A stretch of 63,719 nucleotides of DNA, the filler included, from Octopus bimaculoides (taxonomy: Eukaryota), in assembly GCF_001194135.2 (NCBI RefSeq). It is 5 parts of 5 records of this genome, joined end to end, with 100 filler letters (N's around TTAATTAATTAA, not from the genome) between each part and the next. Parts side by side here need not be neighbours in the genome. Positions count along the whole stretch, not along the records: positions 1 to 15,380 come from NC_069007.1; 4 more parts are not named here. One strand, written 5' to 3'. Positions within the stretch are counted from its first letter, which is position 1. Each line of letters begins with the position of its first letter. Below the pieces are notes generated by a model, which searched no databases, was not told the origin of the DNA, and saw only the letters and a program-made list of their open reading frames with translations. Shown here one piece after another: positions 1 through 13,197 of the stretch. A program made the translations under genes and the position numbers.

Positions 1-660
1 TTAAACATGACAATTTGTCTGTCCCCTTTTCAGTCTTTTCAATCTCATGGGTTCTACCCTCCCCCACAAACTTTCATAACAAACACTGAGCTACTCCACC
101 CACTAGCTTCAAAAGCAAAAAAAAAAAAAAAACAAATACAAGCAAAAAAGAGAACCACCATGTGGTTGCTCACACTACTAGAAATAGCAGCAAAATTTCG
201 CTGAAATCACACTACTAAGAAAAAATAAGACACTGGATATTGTAGTTTGAGTTACAGTATGCCACCTAGTTACCCCTCCCCCCAAGCAACAGTATGAACT
301 ACTTCTGCTCAATGAGGATCAGCTTGAGGTTAAACAGCACCAGTAACACAAGGAACAATAGCAGTGACATTGAGAGGCTGGACTCCAACAAATCTCAGCA
401 GCACAAAGGGAAAACAACATGGTATCAGACTGAGACAGTATATTTCCACTTTTAGGTCATGGATGGGTAGTCAAGTAGGAAGAAAGGAAAGGGAACACCA
501 TCTTGATAAGTGGGGGGGGGATTCCTCCCTCCAACAGAAAGGTGTTGATGATAAAAGCTTTCTTTTTTTTTTCTCAGCAGACAGAAGGTGGGTGAAGAAA
601 AAAAATCTACTGTCCCAGGTGTGTTAACAGCAGGTAGTCCAAATTAATACAAAAATAATA

Positions 661-1058
661 CAGGCGCACCAGTGGCTGTGTGGTAAGTAGCTTGCTTACC
701 AACCACATGGTTCTGGGTTCAGTCCCACTGCGCGACACCTTGGGCAAGTGTCTTCTACTATAGCCTCGGGCCGACCAAAGCCTTGTGAGTGGATTTGGTA
801 GACGGAAACTGACAGAAGCCCATCGTATATATGTATATATATATGTTTGTGTGTCTGTGTTTGTCTTCCCCAGCATTGCTTGACAACCGATGGTGGTGTG
901 TTTATGTCCCCGTAACTTAGCGGTTCAGCAAAAGAGACTGATAGAATAAGTACTAGGCTTACAAAGAATAGGTCCTGGGGTCGATTTGCTCGACTAAAGG
1001 CGGTGCTCCAGCATGGCCGCAGTCAAATGACTGGAACAAGTAAAAGAGCAAAAGAGTA
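661..1058 (+). mobile_element. tRNA-derived SINE, family A, full length
   Basis: A box TGGCTGTGTGG, B box GGTTCAGTCC, CORE-like CCTTGGGCAAGT (738-749), internal TA/TG microsatellite, GTAAAAGAG tail; many copies in the window. Confidence 0.9.
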
Positions 1059-1085
1059 GATACAGAGCAGAAAGCATAAAACACT

Positions 1086-1690
1086 GTATGGCACTTTAGA
1101 TAAGTGTCTTCTGCTACTGCTCGCAGTAAACAAAAGCTTTGTGAGTGAATTTGGTAGACAGAAACTAAAAGGCGGCGGGCTGGCAGAATCATTAGCACAC
1201 CAAGCGAAATGCTTAGCGGTATTTCGCTTGTCTTTATGTTCTGAGTTCAAATTCCGCCCAGGTCGACTTTGCCTTTCATCCTTTCGGGGTCGATAAGTTA
1301 AGTACCAGTTACGCACTGGGGGTCGATGTAATCGACTTAATCCCTTTGTCTGTCCTTGTTTGTCCCCTCTGTGTTTAGCCCCTTGTGGGCAATAAAGAAA
1401 TAAGAAACTAAAAGACACCCATCATCTATGTTTGTGCATGTGTGTGTTTGTGTCTCCATGTCTTGACATTGCATGGTGGTTGTAAACAATTGTCGGTCAT
1501 TCAAGCAGTATCATTCTTCATTTCCAATATTCTGCAAGAACATGTCTGGCCACGGGGAAATATTTACCTAAATTGTTAATAGGTGAGGGTTGGTGATAGG
1601 AAAGGCATCCAGCTACAGAAAATCTGTTTCAATAAACTCCATCCAACTCAAGCAAAGGTAGACAATTGGAAGCTAAAATGATGGCGATAA
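1086..1690 (+). mobile_element. Decayed A-head SINE with RTE-type tail, interrupted by a family B SINE
   Basis: A-family body continues across the insertion and ends in an AGGAAAGGCATCCAGCT-type tail like 3829-4091. Confidence 0.65.
1172..1402 (+). mobile_element. SINE family B with 12-bp TSD
   Basis: TSD AGAAACTAAAAG at 1160-1171 and 1403-1414; B box GAGTTCAAATTC; AATAAAGAAA tail. Confidence 0.9.
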
Positions 1691-3439
1691 TATTGTGTGT
1701 ATGTGTGCAAGGGGAAAGGCTACGAGTCTGTGCTTGTCCCCACCACCACCACCAGGATGTAGATGGTGGAAACCACTGTTCCAGGTGTGTTAACAGCAGG
1801 TACATCATATTAATACAAGATAAAACAGTAAATACAGAGCAGAAAGCATATAACACTTCATTTCTGTTCATCAAATTAATCTTCATCTTCCTTTTCCTCG
1901 TTGAGTTTTATTAATTATATTAATGTTAACACTTTCTTCTGCTGTGAGCAAATCTAGTAATTTTATCAATGCACAGCAAGTATAATTAATACTTAATTTT
2001 TGCTGATCAAATAGATTAATCTTTTTTTTTTTTTCTTTTCTTTGTTGCTATCGTTTATCTCATTTTTTTATTTGTTTCAGTTATTAGACGTGTGGTTATG
2101 CTGAGGCACCACCTCGAAAGGTTTAGTTGAACAAATCAAATGCAATACATTTTTCTTTTTGTTGCACATCCAATATTTATTCTAGAGGTTCCTTTTACTG
2201 AACAGCCAAGTTGTAGGAACATAAACAAACCAGCACCAGTAATGCTGAGAGACAAAGACACACACAATTAATATATACATACATATATATATACATATGT
2301 GTGTGTGTGTGTATATATATACCTTAATTCTTCGAAACGCCGGTGTTTTAATGGTAGCAGCTGATGAAGGAGATGTTTCTATGTGGCCTGCTTGTTTGTT
2401 GTACCTTGTTTATCATTTTGTCCATGTTCTTTTGCCACGTCATGTACCCAGTTATGTATGTATATGTACATGTAGATGAAGGTATGTACATACATGTACA
2501 TATATATGCATATACTCATATATTGTTTATATATATATAATAATGTATATATCTAATTATTGTTCTACTTACGATCTGACGCGTGGCTATATTTTTGAAT
2601 AGAATTTATTTTCGATAATTTCAATTGATTTTAATCGATTTAAATTTCTTTTCTATTTGAAAATTAGTTATGAAACACGTGTAATCTTTTTATTATATTT
2701 ATCTTATGATATTTACTTTACTTTATATTATACTTATTTATTGTGCTTTTAATTATTATTTTTTCTATATGTGATAGTGGATTTTCATCAATGAGTTCTT
2801 GAAAATTGGTTATTTTCCCTAAAACTATATATANNNNNNNNNNNNNNNNNNNNNNNNNNNNNNNNNNNNNNNNNNNNNNNNNNNNNNNNNNNNNNNNNNN
2901 NNNNNNNNNNNNNNNNNNNNNNNNNNNNNNNNNNNNNNNNNNNNNNNNNNNNNNNNNNNNNNNNNNNNNNNNNNNNNNNNNNNNNNNNNNNNNNNNNNNN
3001 NNNNNNNNNNNNNNNNNNNNNNNNNNNNNNNNNNNNNNNNNNNNNNNNNNNNNNNNNNNNNNNNNNNNNNNNNNNNNNNNNNNNNNNNNNNNNNNNNNNN
3101 NNNNNNNNNNNNNNNNNNNNNNNNNNNNNNNNNNNNNNNNNNNNNNNNNNNNNNNNNNNNNNNNNNNNNNNNNNNNNNNNNNNNNNNNNNNNNNNNNNNN
3201 NNNNNNNNNNNNNNNNNNNNNNNNNNNNNNNNNNNNNNNNNNNNNNNNNNNNNNNNNNNNNNNNNNNNNNNNNNNNNNNNNNNNNNNNNNNNNNNNNNNN
3301 NNNNNNNNNNNNNNNNNNNNNNNNNNNNNNNNNNNNNNNNNNNNNNNNNNNNNNNNNNNNNNNNNNNNNNNNNNNNNNNNNNNNNNNNNNNNNNNNNNNN
3401 NNNNNNNNNNNNNNNNNNNNNNNNNNNNNNNNNNGGCAT

Positions 3440-3492
<53 letters not shown>

Positions 3493-3828
3493 TACATACA
3501 CACACGAAGTAGGTTTTTCACAGAGTTTTTTTCCTGCCAAATCCACTTACAAGGCTTTGGCTAGCCTAGGGTTACAGTAGAAGTCACTTGCCCAAGATGT
3601 CATGCTGTAAAACTGAACCCGAGACCATATGGCTATGAAGCAAACTTCTTACCACACAACCACACCTGCACATATATCTATTTATGTAGGCACAGGCATG
3701 CCTATAGGCACTGCCATGGCTGGAGAGGCGAAACCACATAGCTTCAGATTCACTCCCACAACATGCCACTTTTGGCAAGTGTCCAGTATATGGAAACCAA
3801 AAGAAGAATATCATGTGTGTTAGTATTT

Positions 3829-4058
3829 ACTTGCCTTCACCATTTTGAGCGTGGCCGTTGCCAGTACCGCCTGAATGGCCTTCGTGCGGGTGACACGTAA
3901 AAGCACCCACTACACTCTCTGAGTGGTTCGTGTTAGGAAGGGCATCCAGCTGTAGAAACTCTGCCAAATCAGATTGGAGGTTGGTGTTGCCATCCGGTTT
4001 CACCAGTCCTCAGTCAAATCGTCCAACCCATGCTAGCATGGAAAGCGGACGTTAAACA

Positions 4059-4091
<33 letters not shown>
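3829..4091 (+). mobile_element. 5'-truncated RTE-type LINE 3' end with (GAT)n tail
   Basis: Same sequence recurs at 14003-14199; ends CATGGAAAGCGGACGTTAAAC(GAT)n. RTE assignment is inferred. Confidence 0.7.
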
Positions 4092-4303
4092 TAAATTGAG
4101 CATCACATAAGCAGTGTCATTCATTTCCATTATTCCATGTCTTGGGAAAATACTACCTTGCTTGGAAACAGATGAGGGTTGATGACAACAAGAGCATCTG
4201 GCCCTAGAATATCTGCCTCAATGAATTCCGTTTGATCCATGCAAGCATAGAAAAGTGGACGTTAAATCAGTGGTGATGGTGTTGATGATGATGATAAACT
4301 TAC

Positions 4304-4343
4304 CCAGGGAGACTGCTAAATTCATTCTCATCAACTAAGTAAA
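4304..4343 (-). CDS. Candidate next exon ((V)YLVDENEFSSLP(G); alternative in-frame acceptor at 4334)
   Basis: Donor CTGG|gtaagt; both acceptors continue the frame of 4681-4747. Confidence 0.3.
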
Positions 4344-4680
4344 CTGAAACTCTATTTTACACGCGAGACAACAGCCCAGACTAATGTCTTATCTATCAGG
4401 CCACTTTCTTCAATCAAACCATCATGTCTGTTATCCCACCCAGCTGCTCTCCCACACAAGTGTGAGGTATATAACATTCAGAACTACAGCTACAAACATC
4501 AATTCAACGCTTAACAATATGTCTAATTTCAAAACACAAAAGCATAGAAATACCTAAACATTATCCCTGATCTCAACTGGACAAATAGAAATGCAAAATG
4601 ACATAGACACACATTGAATTAGCTGTGACATTATGCAGCTGGCTCACAGACAAGTATAAAAATAGGCCAGAGATAGTTAC

Positions 4681-4747
4681 CTGAATTTAATGTAATGCTC
4701 TTACAGTGTACATCAGTAATAAACATGATACACAGCCACACAATCTG
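4681..4747 (-). CDS. Candidate exon of a second secreted protein (QIVWLCIMFITDVHCKSITLNS)
   Basis: gctttttctag| acceptor, TCAG|gtaact donor; the only open frame is signal-peptide-like; phase 0 to 1. No family recognised. Confidence 0.35.
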
Positions 4748-4798
4748 CTAGAAAAAGCAGCCAAAATTCCCTCAACTCACCCACTTTACTATCTTAAA

Positions 4799-5148
4799 GT
4801 GGAGGCGCAATGGCCCAGTGCTTAGGGCAGTGGATTCGCGGTCATAGGATCGCGGTTTCGATTCCCAGACCGGGCGTTGTGTGTGTTTATTAAGTGAAAA
4901 CACCTAAAGCTCCACGAGGCTCCAGCAGGGGATGGTGGCAAACCCTGCTGTACTCTTCCACCACAACTTTCTCTCACTCTTTCTTCCTGTTTCTGTTGTG
5001 CCTGTAATTCAAAGGGGTCAGCCTTGTCACACTGTGTCACGCTGAATATCCCTGAGAACTACGTTAAGGGTACACGTGTCTGTGGAGTGCTCAGCCACTT
5101 GCACGTTAATTTCACGAGCAGGCTGTTCCGTTGATCGGATCAACTGGA
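4799..5148 (+). mobile_element. SINE family D, cut by gap
   Basis: Near-identical to 12369-12755; tRNA-like head. Confidence 0.9.
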
Positions 5149-6569
5149 NNNNNNNNNNNNNNNNNNNNNNNNNNNNNNNNNNNNNNNNNNNNNNNNNNNN
5201 NNNNNNNNNNNNNNNNNNNNNNNNNNNNNNNNNNNNNNNNNNNNNNNNNNNNNNNNNNNNNNNNNNNNNNNNNNNNNNNNNNNNNNNNNNNNNNNNNNNN
5301 NNNNNNNNNNNNNNNNNNNNNNNNNNNNNNNNNNNNNNNNNNNNNNNNNNNNNNNNNNNNNNNNNNNNNNNNNNNNNNNNNNNNNNNNNNNNNNNNNNNN
5401 NNNNNNNNNNNNNNNNNNNNNNNNNNNNNNNNNNNNNNNNNNNNNNNNNNNNNNNNNNNNNNNNNNNNNNNNNNNNNNNNNNNNNNNNNNNNNNNNNNNN
5501 NNNNNNNNNNNNNNNNNNNNNNNNNNNNNNNNNNNNNNNNNNNNNNNNNNNNNNNNNNNNNNNNNNNNNNNNNNNNNNNNNNNNNNNNNNNNNNNNNNNN
5601 NNNNNNNNNNNNNNNNNNNNNNNNNNNNNNNNNNNNNNNNNNNNNNNNNNNNNNNNNNNNNNNNNNNNNNNNNNNNNNNNNNNNNNNNNNNNNNNNNNNN
5701 NNNNNNNNNNNNNNNNNNNNNNNNNNNNNNNNNNNNNNNNNNNNNNNNNNNNNNNNNNNNNNNNNNNNNNNNNNNNNNNNNNNNNNNNNNNNNNNNNNNN
5801 NNNNNNNNNNNNNNNNNNNNNNNNNNNNNNNNNNNNNNNNNNNNNNNNNNNNNNNNNNNNNNNNNNNNNNNNNNNNNNNNNNNNNNNNNNNNNNNNNNNN
5901 NNNNNNNNNNNNNNNNNNNNNNNNNNNNNNNNNNNNNNNNNNNNNNNNNNNNNNNNNNNNNNNNNNNNNNNNNNNNNNNNNNNNNNNNNNNNNNNNNNNN
6001 NNNNNNNNNNNNNNNNNNNNNNNNNNNNNNNNNNNNNNNNNNNNNNNNNNNNNNNNNNNNNNNNNNNNNNNNNNNNNNNNNNNNNNNNNNNNNNNNNNNN
6101 NNNNNNNNNNNNNNNNNNNNNNNNNNNNNNNNNNNNNNNNNNNNGATATGCATCTATATACACATGTAGATGTAAGTATGTACATATATGTGTGTATACA
6201 TGCTTATATATTCTTTGTATTATATATATATATATATATATACAGACACACAAACCCATTCGTTTTTATATGTCATATGGACTGTCAACTTCAGAAATGT
6301 TCCCTTCCTTTCTTCCCAACACAAATTCTATCACAGTCTTCCTAAAGTACATTCTACCCATGAATGAACTTGCAAACTCTTAACATTCTTATATTTAGCT
6401 TTGGGGGTGTTCTTCCCCCCTCTCAACTACCCTTTCCTTATCGCTGCTGCAGCTGCTGCTGATGATGATACTCCTGTTGCTACTGCTGTTACTTATTATT
6501 TAGTGACTCAGGCTGTTCTCGTTAAAGCTTCCTGAATCAATGAAAGCCATCAGCATCTATTAGTAGTAT

Positions 6570-7130
6570 AGGCGTAGCTGTGTGGTTAAGGAGCTCACAT
6601 TGCAACCGTGTGGTTTTGGGTTCAGTCCCACGGTGCAGCACTTTGAGCAAGCATCCTGGGCCAACCAAAGCCTTGAGAGTAAATTTGGTGGACAGAAAAC
6701 TGTGCACAACAGCATCATTGTGAGTGTGTCTGTGTGTCTGTGGTTGTCCTCCCACCACTTATTTAATCGACCCTGAAAGGATGGAAAGGCAAAGTCGACC
6801 TCGGCGGAATTTGAACTCGGAACGTAGCGGCAGACGAAATACGGCTAAGCGTTTCGCCCGGCGTGCTAACGTTTCTGCCAGCTCACCGCCTTGTACCCTG
6901 GTCTTGACATCATGTGATGGTTTTAAAAGGAGTATTACCCCATCGTATATATGATGCTATTCATTTCCAGTTTACAGTGGAAATATTACCTTGCTGGGAA
7001 AGAGGGGAGGGTTGGCAACAGGAGGGGCATCCAGCTGTAGAATAGCCTTGCCTCAATACTCTCAACACTAAACATATTCTGTCTGACCTGTGCAAGCATG
7101 GAAAAGTGGATATTAAAATGATGATGATTA
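6570..7130 (+). mobile_element. A-head/RTE-tail SINE containing an antisense family B fragment (about 6765-6890)
   Basis: Homology to 661-790, to 25385-25614 (reverse) and to the 3829-4091 tail. Confidence 0.7.
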
Positions 7131-7594
7131 TGATACACATACAAACACATACATACACACACACACACTATATAGCATTTCCAAAATATGCAATAATTCC
7201 AATTAAAAAAAAAGCCAAAATAAAATACTAAAGAAAGAAAAAGAACCTCCTACATTCTTCAGAATCACCATATTTCAACAAAAGACAGTCAAAGATATTG
7301 ATTGAAAAAGAGAAAGATACACTAGTAGTTTATAATCATTCCAAAAACTGACGTATTGATTCCATCCAGACTTTTATTTCCAATTCAACTTTCTGTCCAT
7401 CTTTATATTAATAAGAACAAACAAAAAAAGAGAAAATTAATAATCGATACCTGGTTCCTCTCTCTCTCTCTCTGCCGTTTCTTATTCATATTTCAAAAAC
7501 CAGATCTGTTACCAAACTCTAAATGACATTACACTCCAAGACAGAAGGGATACTATTCACCTCCCAACCATTAATACAGAATAAGCCATCTAGT

Positions 7595-7635
<41 letters not shown>

Positions 7636-8115
7636 NNNNNNNNNNNNNNNNNNNNNNNNNNNNNNNNNNNNNNNNNNNNNNNNNNNNNNNNNNNNNNNNN
7701 NNNNNNNNNNNNNNNNNNNNNNNNNNNNNNNNNNNNNNNNNNNNNNNNNNNNNNNNNNNNNNNNNNNNNNNNNNNNNNNNNNNNNNNNNNNNNNNNNNNN
7801 NNNNNNNNNNNNNNNNNNNNNNNNNNNNNNNNNNNNNNNNNNNNNNNNNNNNNNNNNNNNNNNNNNNNNNNNNNNNNNNNNNNNNNNNNNNNNNNNNNNN
7901 NNNNNNNNNNNNNNNNNNNNNNNNNNNNNNNNNNNNNNNNNNNNNNNNNNNNNNNNNNNNNNNNNNNNNNNNNNNNNNNNNNNNNNNNNNNNNNNNNNNN
8001 NNNNNNNNNNNNNNNNNNNNNNNNNNNNNNNNNNNNNNNNNNNNNNNNNNNNNNNNNNNNNNNNNNNNNNNNNNNNNNNNNNNNNNNNNNNNNNNNNNNN
8101 NNNNNNNNNNNNNNN

Positions 8116-8152
<37 letters not shown>

Positions 8153-8851
8153 CATACACACCAACACACACACATATATGTATACACACAGAGAGTTGTG
8201 TAATATTTCCAGATAGACAACCAAAGAATATCTGATGGAAATGGAAAAGACTGGAGGAGACGGAATTACAGAAACAATGCAGAAGAAAATCTGAAGAATT
8301 CCAGAATACAATGTGTTCTAACACTTGGCTTATATATAGATATGCTATTCCTTTCCATGTCTTGCTGGAAATATACAAAGGAACATTTAGGAACCAACAT
8401 TCCTCCTAAGCTATTCTCATCCGGCTTAATCGGCTTAGCTCAAATCCTAGTGGTAGGAACTCTGCGGAGAGATCAGATTTTGTGGGGAAAGGTCTTGTAT
8501 GGAAGACATTACAGGCTAAGTTGGACACAGACCAAAAATACCAGATACACTTCAACAACAGATGCATGGAAATATGAATAGGATTCCTTAGACATAAAAC
8601 ATCTTTTCCTCTTAAGAAGGGATACATACAGCTTACATAAATTTTAAATGTAAAATAATACAATAATATTAAATAGTAATATTATGTAGTAAAAAGAAAA
8701 ATAACATTAGGGAATCAGAACTGCTAGTTAGGTAGACAAGTTGTTGGGATTTAAATTTTATATATATATAAACATTATCGATCGCACATACTCAATGTAT
8801 GTGTTTTGTTTGTTTGCTAGTTTCGGTAGACAGACACTCTGTGGAAGCACT

Positions 8852-9116
8852 GAGGAGGCACATGGCGTAGTGGTTAGGGTATTCAGCTCAAGATTGTAAG
8901 GTTGTGAATTTAATTCCTGGCAGCATGTCGTGTCCTTGAGCAAGACACTTTATTTCTCATTGCTCCAGTCCACTAAGCAGGCAAAAAAAGAGTTGTACCT
9001 GTTATTCAAAAGGTCCAACCTTGTCACACTGAATCTCCCCAAGAACTACATTAAGGGTATGCATGTTTGTGGAGTGCTCAACCACTTGCATGTAAATTTC
9101 ACAAGCAGGGTGTTGC
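8852..9116 (+). mobile_element. SINE family E head with D-type 3' region
   Basis: tRNA-like head, GTGTCCTTGAGCAAGACACTT (8930-8950), 3' part aligns with the family D tail. Confidence 0.75.
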
Positions 9117-9166
9117 ATTAATTAAATCACCTATAACACTCATCATTGTAAATGAAAGAGCACCAG

Positions 9167-9215
<49 letters not shown>

Positions 9216-10394
9216 TTATGCGTTGTTTCTCCCCCACTCACAGCCACTTGTCAACCGATGTTCATTTGTTTGCAACCCTGTAAGCAACAGAGATTGACAA
9301 GTACCAGAGTTTAAAAACAGAAAAATAAGTACCAGCTGGGGGGGGGGGATTTGTACAATTAAAACTCTTAAAAGCAGTACCTCCGCATGGCCACAAACCA
9401 ACAGCTGAAACAATTAAAAAATAAAAGATACTTTTTTTTTTTAAAGGGAGGGGAGCGCACACTGGCTAATTTAGTTCTAGATACACTATGCCATCTCCAA
9501 AAAAAAAAAATACACAAATAAAAAAAAAGAAATGTTCATAGCAAGAAAACCTTTGATTATAGGATTGTCTGCTCAACAGTGCTAAAATAGGGGCTGTATA
9601 ACAACATCAACAACCACAATAACAACAACAGCTTAACAGCGATGTTGTCAACACACCATTGTGATGCCATCAGTAAAATGTAAATGGCTCGTTAAAATGG
9701 CTAGAATGAAAAAGACTGCTAAGAAGGGAATAGAATGGAATGGTAAAAGTCAGTAATGCACGATTACTGTGTGTCAGCTACGACTACACTGCTGTTGAAT
9801 ACATAGAACATTCTAATGCTTATAGTACGACATTGCTAATAGAAGAGAATAGAACGGAGAGTGGGTGTGGGGAATGAAGGTGATGAGAAGACTGACATTA
9901 TTGATTTCTATATGAGTGTATATAGAGACATATAGACACATATATATACACAGACAGACATATACACACATATATATTCATATGCATACATGTACATATA
10001 CACATGCATACATACGCACACACCTACACATACATGCATATAGACACCTACACACACACACCTACACACACACACGTGTATGCACGTATGTAAATATGAG
10101 TCAGTGTGAACAATGATCACCAATGACCACCACTATATTCCAACGGTCTAACGCTAAAACCTATAGCACACCAATACAGAACCGATATACCGCTAGCTGT
10201 AGCTGAAACTACAGGTCTTGCTAATGACTACTATCTACTTGTGTCTATTGTTATGTACTGTCTGGGAAATGAATTTTTCCATCACACCCATTCTTCATGG
10301 ATAAATCTCTTTGAGTCTGTGTCAGCTGACTGAGGAAATTACCATTAATTGAACAAAAAAAAAAAAAAGAAGACATTAATGCATATATGTATAT

Positions 10395-10760
10395 CTTTTA
10401 CTTTTTATCTATTACTTGTTTGTCATTTGACTGTGGCCATGCTGGGGCACCGCCTTGAAGAATTAATCATCGAATCAATCAATCCCAGTACCTTTTTTTT
10501 AATTTTTTTTTTTTTTAAGCCTGGCACTTATTGGATTGGTCTCTTTTGCCAAACCACTACATCATGGGAATATAAACACACCAGTTGTTAAACGGTGGGG
10601 CAAGGGCAAACAGGCACATACATGCGCACGACAGGCTTCTTTCAGTTTCCATCTACCAAATCCACTCACAAGGCTTTCATTACCTTGAGGCTGTAGTAAA
10701 AGACACTTGCCCAAGGTAACAGAGAGTGGTTGAGAAGTAAACTCCTTACCACTCAGCCAA
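10395..10760 (-). mobile_element. SINE family A, diverged
   Basis: Reverse-complement similarity to 661-1058. Confidence 0.8.
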
Positions 10761-11295
10761 ACCAGCACCACTATATTACACACACACACACACACACACG
10801 CACAAATTTACTCATGCACAATGTTAAAAAAAATTTATTACAAGAATATCAAGATCAAAACTGTGGTAGCATAATGCACAGGTGTCTTTTATCCTTTACA
10901 TGCTTGAGTTGTTGGACTGTGACCATGCTGGGGCACTTCCATAAAAGTGCTCAGTTCAATAAACCAATCCCATGTACGTAAAAAAATGTTTTTCGAGTAA
11001 AAAATACACCACTGAAAAAATATATTACTGAAAAAGTGGAGGTGGGCACATATTCAGGACTGCATTATACTCGAGTAAATAAATTGATTAATGCATGCAT
11101 GCATGATATACATAGGGCACAGACATGGCTGTGAAGTTAAGAAGATTGCTTCCCAACCACATGGTTTCAGATTAAGTGTGCTAGCTTGGGCAAATGTCTT
11201 TTACTAAAACTCCTGAGCCAACTAAAGCCTTGCAAATAGATATAAACTCCTGAGCCAACTAAAGCCTTGCAAATAGATAGAAACTGCAAGCTTGC

Positions 11296-11345
<50 letters not shown>

Positions 11346-11661
11346 ACACACCTCGTCTTAACATTGTGTGATAGTTGCAATTGAGTGTCGTCGTCATAAA
11401 TTCTGCACAAACATGAACTGTGGGGTCCCAGAATGGCCACAGCCCAATGACAAACCAATAAAAGAATACACACACACACACACACACACACTCACTCACA
11501 TATTTACATACTTATTTATAGACATACACACATACATTTACATATTTACATACAAACACGCACAATCTAACTATGGGAGATTTTTAACACTAATCTCTAT
11601 TACAAGATAAATCCATGTCCAAGTTGAGGAATAACTTTCACCATTGTCAGAGGCTCTTTAA

Positions 11662-11868
11662 CCCTTTAGTGTTTAAACTGGCCATATATTCTACCCGTTT
11701 TATGTTCAAACTGGCCAGATCTGGCCTCTCACACCTACCTTGCAATGTCATTTTTAAAATAGACAACCACATCATTGATATCTCAAATCCACAAGATAAT
11801 GTGAGATTAATTCAAAGCAACGTGAATAAACAAACATTATACTTGACAATAATCTGAATGCTAAAGGA
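11662..11868 (+). mobile_element. MITE flanked by TTAA (piggyBac-like termini)
   Basis: TTAA at 11658-11661 and 11869-11872; ends CCCTTTAG...CTAAAGGA; related reverse copies at about 13198-13396 and 13700-13860. Confidence 0.7.
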
Positions 11869-12368
11869 TTAAAAAAAGGTTCTACTCTCCTCCTCACGTT
11901 AAGCCATAGTTTTAACAACAGGTGTCATTCTGCAGGTAGCATTGCCAGTAGTAAAGGAGTTGAAAATTGTTCTCTCCTCTCTCGAATGTGGTACAACACA
12001 GTATTGTCATTACTGGTTAAGCCCATGTCAGTCCTCATGGAGCAGACCTACAATCAAAGGCATTCCAGTCATGACCATCCCATCTTTTTGTAAGGGGACT
12101 GTATTGTTATCCTATTAGGCAATCTTCAAAGGCACCATCCTACCTGTGCTCTTTATATGCAAGTGAGACGTCAATTGGCTACAACACAAAGGGCCATGGA
12201 ATGGTCCAGGCTAGGAATTAGGGATATCATTATGGGAGCATATCTGGGGTGAGGAAATTCGAGAAAGGAGCACAGTGGATGAGGTGATCACAAAACATTG
12301 AGAACATAGGTTCCACTGGACCAGACAGAGAAAAGGCTTTCATGATAGCTCAGACATACATTGTATAA

Positions 12369-12755
12369 GTGGAGGCACAATGGCCCAGTGGTTAGGGCAG
12401 CAGACTCGCAATCATAGGATCGCGGTTTCGATTCCCAGACCGGGCGTTGTGAGTGTTTATTGAGCGAAAACATCTAAAGCTCCACGAGGCTCCGGCAGGG
12501 GATGGTGGTGAACCCTGCTGTACTCTTTCACCACAACTTTCTCTCACTCTTACTTCCTGTTTCTGTTGTGCCTGTAATTCAAAGGGTCAGCCTTGTCACA
12601 CTCTGTGTCACGCTGAACATCCCCGAGAACTACGTTAAAGGTACACGTGTCTGTGGAGTGCTCAGCCACTTGCACGTTAATTTCACGAGCAGGCTGTTCC
12701 GTTGATCGGATCAACTGGAACCCTCGACGTCGTAAGCGACGGAGTGCCAACAACA
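12369..12755 (+). mobile_element. SINE family D, full length, 11-bp TSD
   Basis: TSD ACATTGTATAA at 12358-12368 and 12756-12766; (CAA)n tail. Confidence 0.92.
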
Positions 12756-13197
12756 ACATTGTATAATGAAATGTATATATTTAAAGCCATAATTTATATA
12801 GCTAATTAGGCAGGCAACAACGAATATTTTTCAAGTGTTAAAGGGCAATGTTTTTTTTCCCTTCCCGCTAAATTTAACTGTCCCTCTACCTAAATTATAC
12901 CATACTTGATAAGGGGGATCAAACTACCAATTGACCAAACATTCTGAATAAAAGGCGTAATTAAACTGTCACTAAAACCCTCACTTCTGCCCCCATCGGT
13001 ATGGGTTGGAGGAGGTGGGTGCGAAGAAATCTTTCTTTCTGGCGGAGGTGTGCAGGAGAGGGGGAGGCTATAACGAAACTAGGCTTTTACTTCAAATTGA
13101 TAATGGTATATCAGTGACAAAGATACATTTAAATGCTTTGAATATATTATAAAGAAGGCTGTCACAAGCTTACCACAAATAACAGGATGGGCATTAA

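Noticed and set aside
8200-8600. Open frame (includes ORF 8342-8581)
   Set aside because: No recognisable domain or splice support; possibly an old LINE remnant.
9753-9770. HDYC motif suggesting a second PLA2
   Set aside because: In-frame stop four codons upstream, no CC, no splice sites.
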